The notes under the pieces are model-generated. The model saw only the letters and a program-made list of their open reading frames with translations. It made no database searches and had not been told where the DNA came from. A DNA stretch of 64,000 nucleotides from Bacilli bacterium. Its GTDB lineage: Bacteria > Bacillota_I > Bacilli_A > RF39 > UBA660. Positions 63,639 to 64,000 of this stretch are shown piece by piece; position 1 is the stretch's first letter, and each line of letters begins with the position of its first letter. The translations under genes and the position numbers were made by a program. The stretch lies in assembly GCA_017515795.1 (NCBI GenBank), contig JAFWEE010000010.1:8144-72143 (forward strand), in the 5' to 3' direction.

Positions 63639-64000
63639 GTGAAAATATTTAGATTTGTAAAACAATCAAACCTCAAGGATTGTGCATCATCTTGTATATA
63701 TAATTTAATTAGATATTATAAGGGAAATGTAAATTATAATAATATTACCAAAAAACTAAATATTACAGAGAAAGGATCTTCAATATATAATGTAGTTAAA
63801 ACTCTAAAGTATTATAAATTTACATCTGATGCTTATAAATGTAATTATGATAATTTAATTACTATTAATCATCCATTTATTGCTTACTTAAAAATAGAAG
63901 AATATTATCACTATGTAATTATTAAAAAGATTAAAAATAATAAAGTATATATATTTGATCCTATTAGGGGAAATCTTATATATACTAAAAACCAATTCAT
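63639..64000 (+). CDS. peptidase C39 (bacteriocin-processing-type) domain protein, 5' part only; likely the N-terminus of an ABC exporter
   Basis: My own translation of the frame open from 63627: (V)KIFRFVKQSNLKDCASSCIYNLIRYYKGNVNYNNITKKL...HYVIIKKIKNNKVYIFDPIRGN. This shows a Q-x4-DC-x3-C/L catalytic Cys context and an H-Y/F-V-V later motif. There is no in-frame ATG. A GTG at 63639 overlaps GGGAGG, so the start is uncertain. Confidence 0.65.
   Translation, partial: MKIFRFVKQSNLKDCASSCIYNLIRYYKGNVNYNNITKKLNITEKGSSIYNVVKTLKYYKFTSDAYKCNYDNLITINHPFIAYLKIEEYYHYVIIKKIKNNKVYIFDPIRGNLIYTKNQF

Overview
AT-rich chromosomal segment from a low-G+C Gram-positive bacterium (Bacillota; the genus cannot be determined from this sequence). 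I saw no rRNA, CRISPR array, transposase, integrase or prophage genes. Housekeeping blocks sit at both ends. The left block is 1.2-11.8 kb: tRNA-Leu, CBS-type family II pyrophosphatase, parE-parC, lemA/DUF2207, a ylbF-like gene, rsmD and tRNA-Gln. The right block is 39.3-54 kb: tmcAL (ylbM), rlmN, stp-prkC, rsgA, rpe, dnaB-dnaI and T-box-controlled thrS. Between them, from about 11.9 to 39.3 kb, lies a roughly 27 kb Wzx/Wzy-type cell-envelope polysaccharide locus. It encodes a priming sugar-phosphate transferase, galE, two LtaS/sulfatase-family proteins, a DUF4422 protein, GT2/GT4/DUF1972 glycosyltransferases, wzy, wzx, glf, two acyltransferase-3 genes, DUF3048, an LCP ligase, an O-antigen-ligase-like membrane protein, a GH25 muramidase and an SGNH hydrolase. 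The right end (54-64 kb) carries a 1999-aa Cna-B/SpaA-type surface protein with a co-transcribed partner, two tRNAs, an ATP-grasp/HD/membrane-protein operon, and the 5' end of a C39-peptidase-domain gene. Five observations deserve most attention. (1) An 11-A homopolymer is the only thing separating the O-antigen-ligase-like gene from a GT4 glycosyltransferase whose N-terminal third has no start codon. (2) A self-contained two-gene operon of diverged paralogs of unknown family lies between dnaI and thrS. (3) A second pair of tandem paralogs at the left edge has duplicated promoters, and only one copy keeps a Cys-His-Asp pattern. (4) The giant adhesin has a non-LPXTG sorting-signal-like C-terminus. 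(5) Orphan ORFs are embedded in the polysaccharide locus. All product calls rest on motif and family recognition by eye, without database searches.
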